Below are positions 48,586 through 56,701 of a DNA stretch of 64,000 bases, piece by piece (positions within the stretch are counted from its first letter, which is position 1; each line of letters starts with the position of its first letter). A program made the position numbers and the translations under genes. Below the pieces are notes generated by a model that was given only the letters and a program-made list of their open reading frames with translations, made no database searches and had not been told where the DNA came from. The stretch lies in the IMG/VR virus record IMGVR_UViG_3300008107_000053. One strand, 5' to 3'. Source of the DNA: a virus. Its lineage: Duplodnaviria > Heunggongvirae > Uroviricota > Caudoviricetes.

Positions 48586-50297
48586 TTACATTCAAGTCTA
48601 TAACTTGGCAAAACTTTTTATCTACAGGCAACTCACCCAATACGGTTTTGTTGGATAAGTCTACTACGACTCTTATCATTGGTAAGAATGGTGAAGGTAA
48701 GTCTACAATTCTTGATGCTCTTTGCTTTGCCTTATTCGGCAAGCCTTTCCGCAATATCAATAAGGGTCAACTGATCAACTCCATTAACGGTAAGGGTTGT
48801 TTGGTTACTATTGAGTTCTCTATTTCTGGTAAAGAGTATCGCGTAGTTCGAGGCATCAAGCCTAATGTATTTCAGATTTATGTCAATGATGAATTGATGA
48901 ATCAAGATGCAGCAGCACGTGATTACCAAAAGGTTCTTGAGCAGCAAATCATTCGTCTAAACTATAAGACATTTACGCAAGTTGTTATTCTTGGTAGTGC
49001 GTCATTTGTTCCATTCATGCAACTAACTTCATACCAACGTCGTGAAGTTATTGAAGATATCTTGGACATCCGCATTTTCTCTACCATGAATCAGTTGTTG
49101 AAGGAAAAAGCTAATGAAACAAAGGCGAGTATTACACGCATCGAAAATGAAGTTTCTGTGGCGAAACTGGCGGTGGAAGGACAGACAACTCTCATTAACA
49201 CTCTTAAAACTGCCAAGTCAGAAGCTATTGAATCGTTACTATCTAAAGTCGAAAATAATAACTCAGAAATACAGCGCAGCGAAAGTGCGGTGGCTGCAAC
49301 ACTTACTAAGATTACCACACTACAATCACGAGTTGCGAAAAAGAGTAAAGTCGATAACGACATTGAAGAAGCGAAGGGGTGGAAAACTAAATTGCTTTCC
49401 AAAGTCGAGCAGTGGAGCGACGAGGCAGAATTCTTCAATGAGAACAGTGTTTGCCCATCCTGCTCGCAGGGTATTCCACACGAGCATAAGGAAAACGTTT
49501 TACAGGAATTGAATACTAAAATTGAATCTGAGAATCAACGTTTAACTGAACTGGAAGACATCCACAATAAACTAAATGCTGATCTTACGTTAATGAACAA
49601 TATTCTTTCTGAGATTACTGATTTAAATATCTCTGTTTCTACATATAATGCAAACATTACTATGTTGAATCGTATGAATAAAGAATTGGCTGAAGAGATT
49701 GAAAATCATAAAGCAGATACTCATAATGTTGATGAAGAAAAACGTAAACTAAAAGAGTTAGCTCAGAATGCTTTGGAAAAGATTAAGACTAAAACTCAGT
49801 TATTAGAAACTAGAAATCTTGAAGACGTTGCATCTTCTCTACTTAAAGATACTGGTATTAAGACTGCCATTATTCGCGAGTATCTTCCGATTATGAATAA
49901 GTTAATCAACAAGTATCTAAATGCCATGGATACTTATATTCACTTTGAGTTAGATGAATCATTTAATGAATCTATTAAGTCTCGTCATCGTGATGATTTT
50001 ACATATGCTAGTTTCTCTGAAGGTGAGAAAATGCGTATTGATTTAGCTATTCTATTTACATGGAGGCAAATAGCTAAGATGAAGAACTCTGTAAATACTA
50101 ATCTGTTATTATTAGATGAGATTTTCGATTCTTCTTTAGATACTGCAGGAACTGATTACTTCTTAAATCTAATGGATCAATTCGGCGACAAAACTAATAT
50201 CTTTGTTATTAGTCATAAAGGCGATCAGTTATTCGATAAGTTTAGGTCGGTTATTAAATTTGAGAAACGAAATGATTTCTCTGTAATCGTTAAGTAA
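48582..50297 (+). CDS. gp46: recombination endonuclease subunit gp46 (Rad50/SbcC-like ATPase)
   Basis: N-terminal Walker A 'IGKNGEGKSTILDALCFALFGK'. Long coiled-coil with zinc hook-like 'CPSCSQ'. C-terminal signature/Walker B 'LLLLDEIFD'. ATGA overlap with gp47. Confidence 0.85.
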   Translation: MITFKSITWQNFLSTGNSPNTVLLDKSTTTLIIGKNGEGKSTILDALCFALFGKPFRNINKGQLINSINGKGCLVTIEFSISGKEYRVVRGIKPNVFQIYVNDELMNQDAAARDYQKVLEQQIIRLNYKTFTQVVILGSASFVPFMQLTSYQRREVIEDILDIRIFSTMNQLLKEKANETKASITRIENEVSVAKLAVEGQTTLINTLKTAKSEAIESLLSKVENNNSEIQRSESAVAATLTKITTLQSRVAKKSKVDNDIEEAKGWKTKLLSKVEQWSDEAEFFNENSVCPSCSQGIPHEHKENVLQELNTKIESENQRLTELEDIHNKLNADLTLMNNILSEITDLNISVSTYNANITMLNRMNKELAEEIENHKADTHNVDEEKRKLKELAQNALEKIKTKTQLLETRNLEDVASSLLKDTGIKTAIIREYLPIMNKLINKYLNAMDTYIHFELDESFNESIKSRHRDDFTYASFSEGEKMRIDLAILFTWRQIAKMKNSVNTNLLLLDEIFDSSLDTAGTDYFLNLMDQFGDKTNIFVISHKGDQLFDKFRSVIKFEKRNDFSVIVK

Positions 50298-50312
50298 ACG
50301 ATTTCTCTCCAC

Positions 50313-50345
50313 AATGCCCCTCAGTTCTGTAGGGGCATTTTTCAT
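50313..50345 (+). terminator. intrinsic terminator after gp46
   Basis: AATGCCCCT-CAGTTCTGT-AGGGGCATT followed by TTTTC. Confidence 0.7.
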
Positions 50346-50349
50346 GGTG

Positions 50350-50378
50350 TTTACTTTAATTCGTCTCTGATGTATAAT
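50350..50378 (+). promoter_or_regulatory. sigma70-type early promoter P1 (TTTACT-N17-TATAAT) with conserved spacer TTAATTCG...TGATG
   Basis: Member of a 5-copy promoter family in this window. Immediately follows a terminator hairpin. Confidence 0.7.
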
Positions 50379-50402
50379 CAATGTATTGATTAGGAGATGA
50401 CT

Positions 50403-50588
50403 ATGTGGGATGATTTCAATGACTTCGAGCTTATCCAGCTGGCTGGAGAGTATGGCTTGCAAGACTACGCTGTGATCAGTGGACGACTGACACTTGTGAA
50501 TCGAGAAGAAGTTGAGTGCATGCTCGAAGAGTACGAGTACAACGAAGCATTCCCTGTTGACTTTAATGAAGAGTTGGAGTATAATTGA
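50403..50588 (+). CDS. highly acidic small protein (62 aa from ATG at 50403; alternative in-frame ATG at 50397)
   Basis: First gene after early promoter P1. SD AGGAG 6 nt upstream of 50403. About 30% Asp/Glu (MWDDFNDFELIQL...EEYEYNEAFPVDFNEELEYN). Confidence 0.4.
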   Translation: MWDDFNDFELIQLAGEYGLQDYAVISGRLTLVNREEVECMLEEYEYNEAFPVDFNEELEYN

Positions 50589-50591
50589 TCC

Positions 50592-52721
50592 ATGACTACT
50601 AAACTGAATTCCTCTGACATCGCTGCACGTTTGCTTGCAGCTGAGAACATCACCGTTGTTCGTGCTCCAGTTAGCACTGCATCATTTGACATCAAGTCCC
50701 GTGTGCTGTCGCTTCCGCAATGGAAAGACATGACCCCAACCATGGAGGGTATGCTCATCGGACACGAAGTCGGTCACGCACTCTACACGACCGAAGACTA
50801 TCTCATCCCAATGGAAACCAACCGCAACCTCAAAGGTTATCTCAACGTGCTGGAAGATGTGCGTATCGAGAAGCTGATGAAGCGTAAATTTCCTGGCATT
50901 CGTAAGACCATGCACGAAGGTTACAAAGAACTCAATGAACGTGACTTCTTTGGTGTATCTAAAATTTCAGATATGTCTACTCTGAACCTTATCGATCGCA
51001 TCAACCTTTACTTTAAAGCTGGTTACGATTGTGGCGTTTCGTTCACTACTATTGAACGCGACTTTGTTAATCGTGCTGAGAAAACAGAAACTATTGCCGA
51101 AGTTGCAGAACTGGCTAAAGAAATTTTTGAATACTCTAAGGCTGTGATTAAAGAGCGCAAACTCAATATCATGAACTCTACTGAAGAGGATGACAACGAC
51201 GAAGAAGATGAGACCGATGGTTACGAATCTGATGAAGATGAAGCTGATATCGTTTTCGTAGATTCTGATGACTCGGAACTTGAACAAAGTGATGAACCAC
51301 GTCGTGCACGCAAATCATCTCAGGTTCGCGATAATATCGAAGAGCAGGTTGAGAAAGAATTGGAAGCTGTAACTGAGAAAACATTCTCCAAGAATCTTGA
51401 AGTTTATGCTGATGAGAGTACTGAGTATAATTACTATACTCTGGACGAGAACTATGCGTTCAATCCTATCATTAGTTATAAACAAGTTATCGCTGATACT
51501 GCTCCAATCGATGCAGACCTTTCTGAATACGAAAAGAAGAATATCCAAACCTACAAAGATGATTCTTCTAAGGTAGTTGGGTATTTGATCAAAGAATTTG
51601 AGATGCGTAAGTCAGCTACATCTTACAAGCGTACTCAAGTTTCTCGTATTGGTTCTTTGGACATGAAGAAAGTTTGGGCATATAAACTGCAAGATGACTT
51701 GTTCAAACGTGTAACTGCTACACAACAAGGTAAAAATCATGGTATGATTTTCTTGTTGGACTGGTCTGGTTCAATGGATTATGTTTTGAACGACACAATC
51801 AAACAGGTTATTAACTTGGCTATGTTTTGCCAACGTGCTCAAATTCCTTATCAGGTATTTGCTTTCACTACGCAATATGATCCATTGACTCCTGAGACTA
51901 GCAGTAAAATGTATGACATTCGTAATCAATTCCATTATCGTACCGATAATAAGTTGAGTAATGCCTCATATCCCTTTGCTTTGCTGGAGTTTTTCTCTAG
52001 CAAAATGACGAATGTAGAATTCAATACTATGATTCGTCGTTTGAGTAACTTCAATAAATTGCGCCATGTACGCAATGGGGAATATTCTACAGGTGGTACT
52101 CCACTGAATGAAGCATTGGCATATATGGTTCCATATATCAATACCTTTATCCAAAAGAATAACGTAGAGAAAATGTCTCTTATTACTCTAACCGATGGTG
52201 AAGGTGGTTCTTTGTCAGCATCTGATGGTAATAATTTTAACGATCGTCGTTATGATTATAAGTCCTCAAAAGCAATTAACTGTAAAAACTTTTTACAGGA
52301 TCCTGTAACTAAAAAGAATTATCCTATTAATCGTGATGGATCTGCACAAACTCATTCGATTCTTCGATTGATTAAAGATCGTTACAATATTAATACTATT
52401 GGCTTTTATGTTTGCAGTAATTCTCGCCGAGTTTTAGCTGGAGCAGTTAAGCATAATATTCCTGGCTTTGAAGGTAACTTTGACGCTATGGTAGAGATTA
52501 TGCGCACGGAAATTCGTAATAATGGTTTTGCTTCTTTGAAGAATACTGGTCGTGATGACTTGTTTATCGTACCAACTAATAAGCTGGAAACTAATACTGA
52601 TGAATTGAGTGTTAATGGCGACCAAACTGCTAAGGCAATTGCCCGTAGTTTGACTAAACATATGACTAATAAAATGACTTCTCGAGTACTCTTGAATAAA
52701 TTTATCGGTTACGTAGCCTAA
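50592..52721 (+). CDS. vWA-domain protein (709 aa), CobT-like, with N-terminal HExxH motif and central poly-acidic tract
   Basis: MIDAS motif 'LLDWSGSMD' in the C-terminal vWA domain. Acidic run 'EEDDNDEEDETDGYESDEDEADIVFVDSDDSELEQSDE' as in aerobic CobT. 'GHEVGHALYT' HExxH at aa 58-62. Paired downstream with a MoxR/CobS-like AAA. Confidence 0.75.
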   Translation: MTTKLNSSDIAARLLAAENITVVRAPVSTASFDIKSRVLSLPQWKDMTPTMEGMLIGHEVGHALYTTEDYLIPMETNRNLKGYLNVLEDVRIEKLMKRKFPGIRKTMHEGYKELNERDFFGVSKISDMSTLNLIDRINLYFKAGYDCGVSFTTIERDFVNRAEKTETIAEVAELAKEIFEYSKAVIKERKLNIMNSTEEDDNDEEDETDGYESDEDEADIVFVDSDDSELEQSDEPRRARKSSQVRDNIEEQVEKELEAVTEKTFSKNLEVYADESTEYNYYTLDENYAFNPIISYKQVIADTAPIDADLSEYEKKNIQTYKDDSSKVVGYLIKEFEMRKSATSYKRTQVSRIGSLDMKKVWAYKLQDDLFKRVTATQQGKNHGMIFLLDWSGSMDYVLNDTIKQVINLAMFCQRAQIPYQVFAFTTQYDPLTPETSSKMYDIRNQFHYRTDNKLSNASYPFALLEFFSSKMTNVEFNTMIRRLSNFNKLRHVRNGEYSTGGTPLNEALAYMVPYINTFIQKNNVEKMSLITLTDGEGGSLSASDGNNFNDRRYDYKSSKAINCKNFLQDPVTKKNYPINRDGSAQTHSILRLIKDRYNINTIGFYVCSNSRRVLAGAVKHNIPGFEGNFDAMVEIMRTEIRNNGFASLKNTGRDDLFIVPTNKLETNTDELSVNGDQTAKAIARSLTKHMTNKMTSRVLLNKFIGYVA

Positions 52722-52740
52722 AACGAAAGTAAACGAATAA

Positions 52741-52758
52741 CCCTACTGGCTGTAGGGT
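52741..52758 (+). terminator. CCCTAC-TGGCTG-GTAGGG hairpin (weak terminator / PeSL stem-loop)
   Basis: Perfect 6-bp GC-rich stem flanked by AA/T. Followed by GTTTACTTT. Same stem recurs at 54501 and 61697. Confidence 0.5.
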
Positions 52759-52759
52759 G

Positions 52760-52788
52760 TTTACTTTAATTCGGTTCTGATGTATAAT
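52760..52788 (+). promoter_or_regulatory. early promoter P2 (TTTACT-N17-TATAAT)
   Basis: Identical over ~65 nt (promoter + leader + SD) to P5 at 61730. Confidence 0.7.
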
Positions 52789-52818
52789 ATGTCTATGATG
52801 AATCGAAAAGGAAACGAA

Positions 52819-53061
52819 ATGAAAGTGTTGTACTCTAGCCCAGTATTCAAGAATGCTGATGGCACTGCTCGCCAGTTTATGATCCCTGCATCGGCTGTGC
52901 AAACGTATGCCAAACGTGATGCTGCACTGCTTGTGATGACTGCAATGGGTGGAATCTATGCTGAGCCCACTAAAGAATTCCTGGCACACCGTAAGGTCAT
53001 GATGTCTGCCAAGCGTAAGATTGAACGCGAAGGCTGGTTTTCCGAAATGGTCACTGCTTAA
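52819..53061 (+). CDS. hypothetical early protein (80 aa)
   Basis: ATG with SD AAAGGAAAC. The upstream in-frame ATGs at 52780/52789 lie inside the promoter -10/leader. Confidence 0.4.
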   Translation: MKVLYSSPVFKNADGTARQFMIPASAVQTYAKRDAALLVMTAMGGIYAEPTKEFLAHRKVMMSAKRKIEREGWFSEMVTA

Positions 53062-53076
53062 AATTAGGAGAAAACG

Positions 53077-53286
53077 ATGGCTACCAAAGTACAGTATAGC
53101 GAAATTTCCAAGACACTGAGTGACTTGTCCACTGCATCCTACAAGGTTCATGGCTCGTATTCTCATGTTGCTGGATACTACGAATCGACTCTGGTCGGTT
53201 TGATCTCTGATCTCCCTGCCCACAAGCAGCGTGAGATGATGCGTCTCTTCCAAGATCGCATCAAAAGTCTGCAAGAAATTGCTTGA
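53077..53286 (+). CDS. hypothetical early protein (69 aa)
   Basis: SD AGGAGAAAA 5 nt upstream. Stop codon overlaps the -35 of P3. Confidence 0.45.
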   Translation: MATKVQYSEISKTLSDLSTASYKVHGSYSHVAGYYESTLVGLISDLPAHKQREMMRLFQDRIKSLQEIA

Positions 53287-53311
53287 CTTTAATTCGGTTT
53301 TGATGTAAAAT
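53283..53311 (+). promoter_or_regulatory. early promoter P3 (TTGACT-N17-TAAAAT)
   Basis: Same spacer core TTAATTCGGTTTTGATG. Drives the MoxR/CobS-like gene. Confidence 0.6.
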
Positions 53312-53333
53312 AAGTTTTTGTTATGGAGATGTT

Positions 53334-54482
53334 ATGAGTGATGCAAATTTTGTGGCTGAGTTCGAGGGTAAACTGCATGAGTTGTTTCCCGATGTGGCTG
53401 TGTCGGGTACTGTGTTGAACCAGCAATTGCTGGATACGATGCGTGCACTTGACACCAAGAAACAACCACGTTGGTTGATGCAGAATCGAGTCAGTCGTGG
53501 GGTCTATGCCTTGCCTGGACGTGCAACGAATCTTGCCGTAGTTCCCAAAGAAGAAGTTGTCGAGTCTTTTGTGGTAGACTATTCCAACTTGGAATCTTTG
53601 ATCCCCAAGAAGGATGCCAACTTTGTTCCATTTGGTAACTATCCAGACCTAGAGAACATCATCAAGTCCAAAATTTTCTATCCTGCATACATCTCTGGTC
53701 CTACTGGTAACGGTAAGTCCACTATGATTGAGCAAATTTGTGCCAAGCACAAACGTCCTCTGATTCGTGTCAACCTGAACATGATGACAGACGAAGAACA
53801 ACTTATCGGCTCCAAGACTTTGACCGATGGTAACGTAGAAGTTGTCGAAGGTCCAGTGCTGATTGCAATGCGCAATGGCACCGCACTGTTGCTCGACGAG
53901 ATCGATGCTGGCTCCGCAAACACCTTGCTTTGCTTGCAACCTATTCTCGAAGGTAAGCCATACTACTTCAAACTCAAGAACGAGATGGTAGTTCCTGCAC
54001 CTGGATTCAACGTGTTCGCCACTGCAAACACCAAGGGTAAAGGTTCAGACGATGGTCGTTACATCGGTACTAACGTATTGAACGAAGCATTCTTGGAACG
54101 TTTCGCTGTTACATTCGAGCAGGAATATCCTTCATCGAAAATCGAAGTCAAAATTATTAAGAATCTGATGGAGTCATTCAATGCAGTTGATGATGATTTC
54201 GCAGAAACCCTTGTAAAGTGGGCAGAAGCAATTCGCCGTACTTTCGAGGATGGTGGTGTCGACGAGACTATCACTACGCGACGTATGATTCACATTGTTC
54301 GTGCCTTTGCAATCTTCAAGGATCGTACTAAGGCAGTGCAACTTTGCTGCAATCGTTTCGACGCTGCTACAAAGGCTGCATTCTTGGATCTGTTCGAGAA
54401 GGTTTCTACCCCAGAACCTGTGGCTCCTGCACCTAACGTTGGTGTCGTGGCTCAAGAAACTGGAGATGAAATCCCCTTCTAA
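53334..54482 (+). CDS. cobS: MoxR/CobS-like AAA+ ATPase (382 aa)
   Basis: Walker A 'ISGPTGNGKST'. Walker B 'LLLDEID'. MoxR/dynein-type AAA with a ~110-aa N-terminal extension. Phage cobS-like genes of this architecture are known in marine T4-like phages. Confidence 0.8.
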   Translation: MSDANFVAEFEGKLHELFPDVAVSGTVLNQQLLDTMRALDTKKQPRWLMQNRVSRGVYALPGRATNLAVVPKEEVVESFVVDYSNLESLIPKKDANFVPFGNYPDLENIIKSKIFYPAYISGPTGNGKSTMIEQICAKHKRPLIRVNLNMMTDEEQLIGSKTLTDGNVEVVEGPVLIAMRNGTALLLDEIDAGSANTLLCLQPILEGKPYYFKLKNEMVVPAPGFNVFATANTKGKGSDDGRYIGTNVLNEAFLERFAVTFEQEYPSSKIEVKIIKNLMESFNAVDDDFAETLVKWAEAIRRTFEDGGVDETITTRRMIHIVRAFAIFKDRTKAVQLCCNRFDAATKAAFLDLFEKVSTPEPVAPAPNVGVVAQETGDEIPF

Positions 54483-54498
54483 AACTAAGGTATACGAT

Positions 54499-54519
54499 AA
54501 CCCTACACCTAGTAGGGTT
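54499..54519 (+). terminator. AACCCTAC-ACCTA-GTAGGGTT hairpin (no U-run)
   Basis: Same stem as 52741 and 61697 with a different loop. Directly upstream of P4. Confidence 0.45.
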
Positions 54520-54533
54520 ATTACAAGAAGGTG

Positions 54534-54562
54534 TTGACTTTAATTCGTAAAAGCTGTATAAT
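54534..54562 (+). promoter_or_regulatory. early promoter P4 (TTGACT-N17-TATAAT), near-consensus
   Basis: TTGACTTTAATTCGTAAAAGCTGTATAAT. Followed by SD AAAGGA and the ATG at 54597. Confidence 0.7.
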
Positions 54563-54596
54563 AACTCTATTGAAACTTGAAACCAAAGGATAAATT

Positions 54597-55079
54597 ATGT
54601 TGAAGTTTGCTGATCTCACTATGTCTCAGAAAAAGATGGTTGTTGCTTACATCGAGCACTCTGCTTCCCTGAGCAAATCTGGTCAAATCACTTTGAAAGA
54701 AGTGAACTCTATTGCTGCTGATCTCGCATCCAAGCGAGATGCTGGTGGCGTCAAAGTCGGTTACCCAAACTGGTTGTTTGGTCCGAACAAAGTCGATCGT
54801 GGCGTTTACAAATTCCCCGTACCGACTGCAGCAGAACTTTCCCAGTTTGCGAAAGAATCTGCAACGAAGCCTGTGAAGGCTGCGAAAGTTGCTAAGACTC
54901 CAAAGGTCAAAGCAGTTAAGGCTACTGCAAAGGTAGCTAAAAAGACCACTAAGGTCGCATCAGCCCCTGTTGCTGATAAGAACCGTCTACAAGATGTAAT
55001 CGGCGAGTCTGAAGTCTATGATCAAGACTACGAAGATTTCAACGCTATCCTGCGCGAGAACGGTATCGAAGTAGAATGA
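54597..55079 (+). CDS. Lys/Ala-rich histone-H1-like putative DNA-binding protein (160 aa)
   Basis: C-terminal 'KPVKAAKVAKTPKVKAVKATAKVAKKTTKVA' KAAK/KPKV repeats typical of H1/AlgP-like DNA-binding tails. The N-terminal domain shares an 'RGVY.(L/F)P' motif with the upstream AAA protein. Confidence 0.5.
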   Translation: MLKFADLTMSQKKMVVAYIEHSASLSKSGQITLKEVNSIAADLASKRDAGGVKVGYPNWLFGPNKVDRGVYKFPVPTAAELSQFAKESATKPVKAAKVAKTPKVKAVKATAKVAKKTTKVASAPVADKNRLQDVIGESEVYDQDYEDFNAILRENGIEVE

Positions 55080-55082
55080 ACC

Positions 55083-55104
55083 ATGGGGCATCCTGCCCCA
55101 TTTT
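55083..55104 (+). terminator. intrinsic terminator
   Basis: ATGGGGCA-TCC-TGCCCCAT followed by TTTTAT. Confidence 0.65.
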
Positions 55105-55125
55105 ATAATCCACATAGGAATTTTT

Positions 55126-55374
55126 ATGACTAAACAAACAAAGCTGCTTAATTACCTGAACACAGGTCACACCGTAACTTCCCGAGACATCGTTTCTGGT
55201 TTTGGCTTGTCCAACCCACATGATGCAATTTACAAGTTGCGCAATCAAGGGCATTGCATTTACAGCAATCGTCGTGCTGGCTCTGATACCGTAGAGTACC
55301 GCATTGGCACTCCAAGCAAGCGTATGGTTGCAGTTGCAAATCGCGTTCTTGGCACTCGTGCTTTCCAAGCCTGA
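55126..55374 (+). CDS. small putative winged-helix DNA-binding protein (82 aa)
   Basis: 'TSRDIVSGFGLSNPHDAIYKLRNQGHCI' fits an HTH + wing pattern. SD-like AGGAA upstream. Confidence 0.4.
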   Translation: MTKQTKLLNYLNTGHTVTSRDIVSGFGLSNPHDAIYKLRNQGHCIYSNRRAGSDTVEYRIGTPSKRMVAVANRVLGTRAFQA

Positions 55375-55383
55375 GATTGACCC

Positions 55384-55725
55384 ATGGCTACATTGGAAGA
55401 AGTTAAACGATCTCAATTAGCCAGTAGCGGTGGGCGTAAGTTCGATGGAGGCAAACTCCAATATGGACTTATCCCACCTCTTGCTATGGCAGAGATGGTC
55501 AAAGTATTGACCTTTGGTGCAGAGAAATACGAACCAGACAACTGGAAGAATGTTCCAGATTCTAAGCGTCGTTATTTTGATGCGATGGAAAGACATATTT
55601 GGGCATGGAAAGCTGGCGAACAAATCGATCCAGAATCTAATATCCACCACTTGGCTCATGCTATGTGCTGTTTGTTTTTCTTGTACGAACATGATGTGAA
55701 ATACTCTTTAGATAAAAATGATTAA
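55384..55725 (+). CDS. hypothetical protein (113 aa), possibly related to phage dATP/dGTP diphosphohydrolase N-terminal-domain family
   Basis: 'LQYGLIPPLAMAEMVKVLTFGAEKYEPDNWKN' resembles a short phage domain family from memory. Not verifiable here. Confidence 0.45.
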   Translation: MATLEEVKRSQLASSGGRKFDGGKLQYGLIPPLAMAEMVKVLTFGAEKYEPDNWKNVPDSKRRYFDAMERHIWAWKAGEQIDPESNIHHLAHAMCCLFFLYEHDVKYSLDKND

Positions 55726-55894
55726 ATCTCTTTTGGTTTTTGTTATGTTGTTCGGTATCTTCTATATGGGAATTGAAATTTTCCGTAAGTTTACTGGCAA
55801 AGAAAAGTGGGAATTTGTAAAAACTTTCTCATATAGTTTGGCGATAGCTTTAGCTGTTATTGTCTTTTTGGTTATGATTGTTGTTCTGTTCTAA
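55718..55894 (+). CDS. small two-helix membrane protein (58 aa), not in ORF track
   Basis: ATG at 55718 overlaps the upstream stop. Hydrophobic segments 'IKSLLVFVMLFGIFYMGI' and 'SLAIALAVIVFLVMIVVLF'. Ends 10 nt before the SPFH lipoprotein gene. Confidence 0.3.
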   Translation: MIKSLLVFVMLFGIFYMGIEIFRKFTGKEKWEFVKTFSYSLAIALAVIVFLVMIVVLF

Positions 55895-55903
55895 GGAAAA
55901 ATT

Positions 55904-56701
55904 ATGAAATCGTTTATGAAAATTGGTGCGTTGATTTTGGCTGTTGCTTCTTTGCAAGCATGTACTCGAATCGAGACTGGTGAAGTTGGTGTTCGTGTTG
56001 GCTTTGATAAGCAAGTCCAGAGTGGAGAATTGCTTCCAGGTTCGTTTAACCAAACTTTGATTGGTACTGTTTTGACATTCCCTATCAAAGACGTTAACGT
56101 TGCTCTGGAGAACATGACTCCTGTAGCTGCTGACAACTCAACAATGAAAGACTTTGATGCTGTGGTTGTGTATAACATTAACCCTGCTCAGGTTGCTGAA
56201 TTGTACTCGACTAAGAACAAGAGTTTCCATGCTGAGTTCAAAGGCGATACCTATGTGATGTATAACTACATTGTTCAAAATGCTCGTAATGCTATCTACA
56301 AAGCAGCACGTAAGTACGAAGCATTGGACATGGCTGACAAACGTAATGAAATGGAACGATTCATTCAGGACGAGATTGTACGCAACATGGCAGAAGAAAA
56401 GCTGGACGGTGCAATCATTATCAGTCAGGTTATGATTCGTAACGTTGTGCCTAGCGACACAGTTGTTGAATCTGCCAATGCATTGGTTCGTTCTAAGAAT
56501 GAATTGAAGCAGAAAGAAGTAGAAGTAAAGACTGCTGAAGCTGAATCACGTCGTATGGCGGCATTGGCTAACAACTCTGGTAGTTCTATTGCTTTTATGC
56601 AAGCCCAAGCTATGCTGAATATCTCTGAAGGTATCAAAGCTGGTAAGGTACAAACCATTGTCGTGCCTAGCAACTTCAATGCACTAATGATGAATAAGTA
56701 A
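55904..56701 (+). CDS. SPFH/band-7 (prohibitin/stomatin-like) domain lipoprotein (265 aa)
   Basis: Signal peptide with lipobox 'LQAC'. Band-7-like core, then C-terminal coiled-coil 'KNELKQKEVEVKTAEAESRRMAALA'. SD AAGGAAAAA. Confidence 0.65.
   Translation: MKSFMKIGALILAVASLQACTRIETGEVGVRVGFDKQVQSGELLPGSFNQTLIGTVLTFPIKDVNVALENMTPVAADNSTMKDFDAVVVYNINPAQVAELYSTKNKSFHAEFKGDTYVMYNYIVQNARNAIYKAARKYEALDMADKRNEMERFIQDEIVRNMAEEKLDGAIIISQVMIRNVVPSDTVVESANALVRSKNELKQKEVEVKTAEAESRRMAALANNSGSSIAFMQAQAMLNISEGIKAGKVQTIVVPSNFNALMMNK

Noticed and set aside
52702-53274. 190-aa minus-strand ORF, and similar 61723..62091, both ending in '...IIHQNRIKVNT'
   Set aside because: They span two + strand genes plus a promoter and hairpin. 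The shared C-terminus is just the reverse complement of the conserved early-promoter cassette. + strand genes with SDs explain the region.
55102-55107. TATAAT immediately after the terminator at 55083..55104
   Set aside because: No -35-like hexamer at 16-19 nt (that region is the GC hairpin). Only 18 nt from the next ATG. More likely just the AT-rich tail of the terminator.
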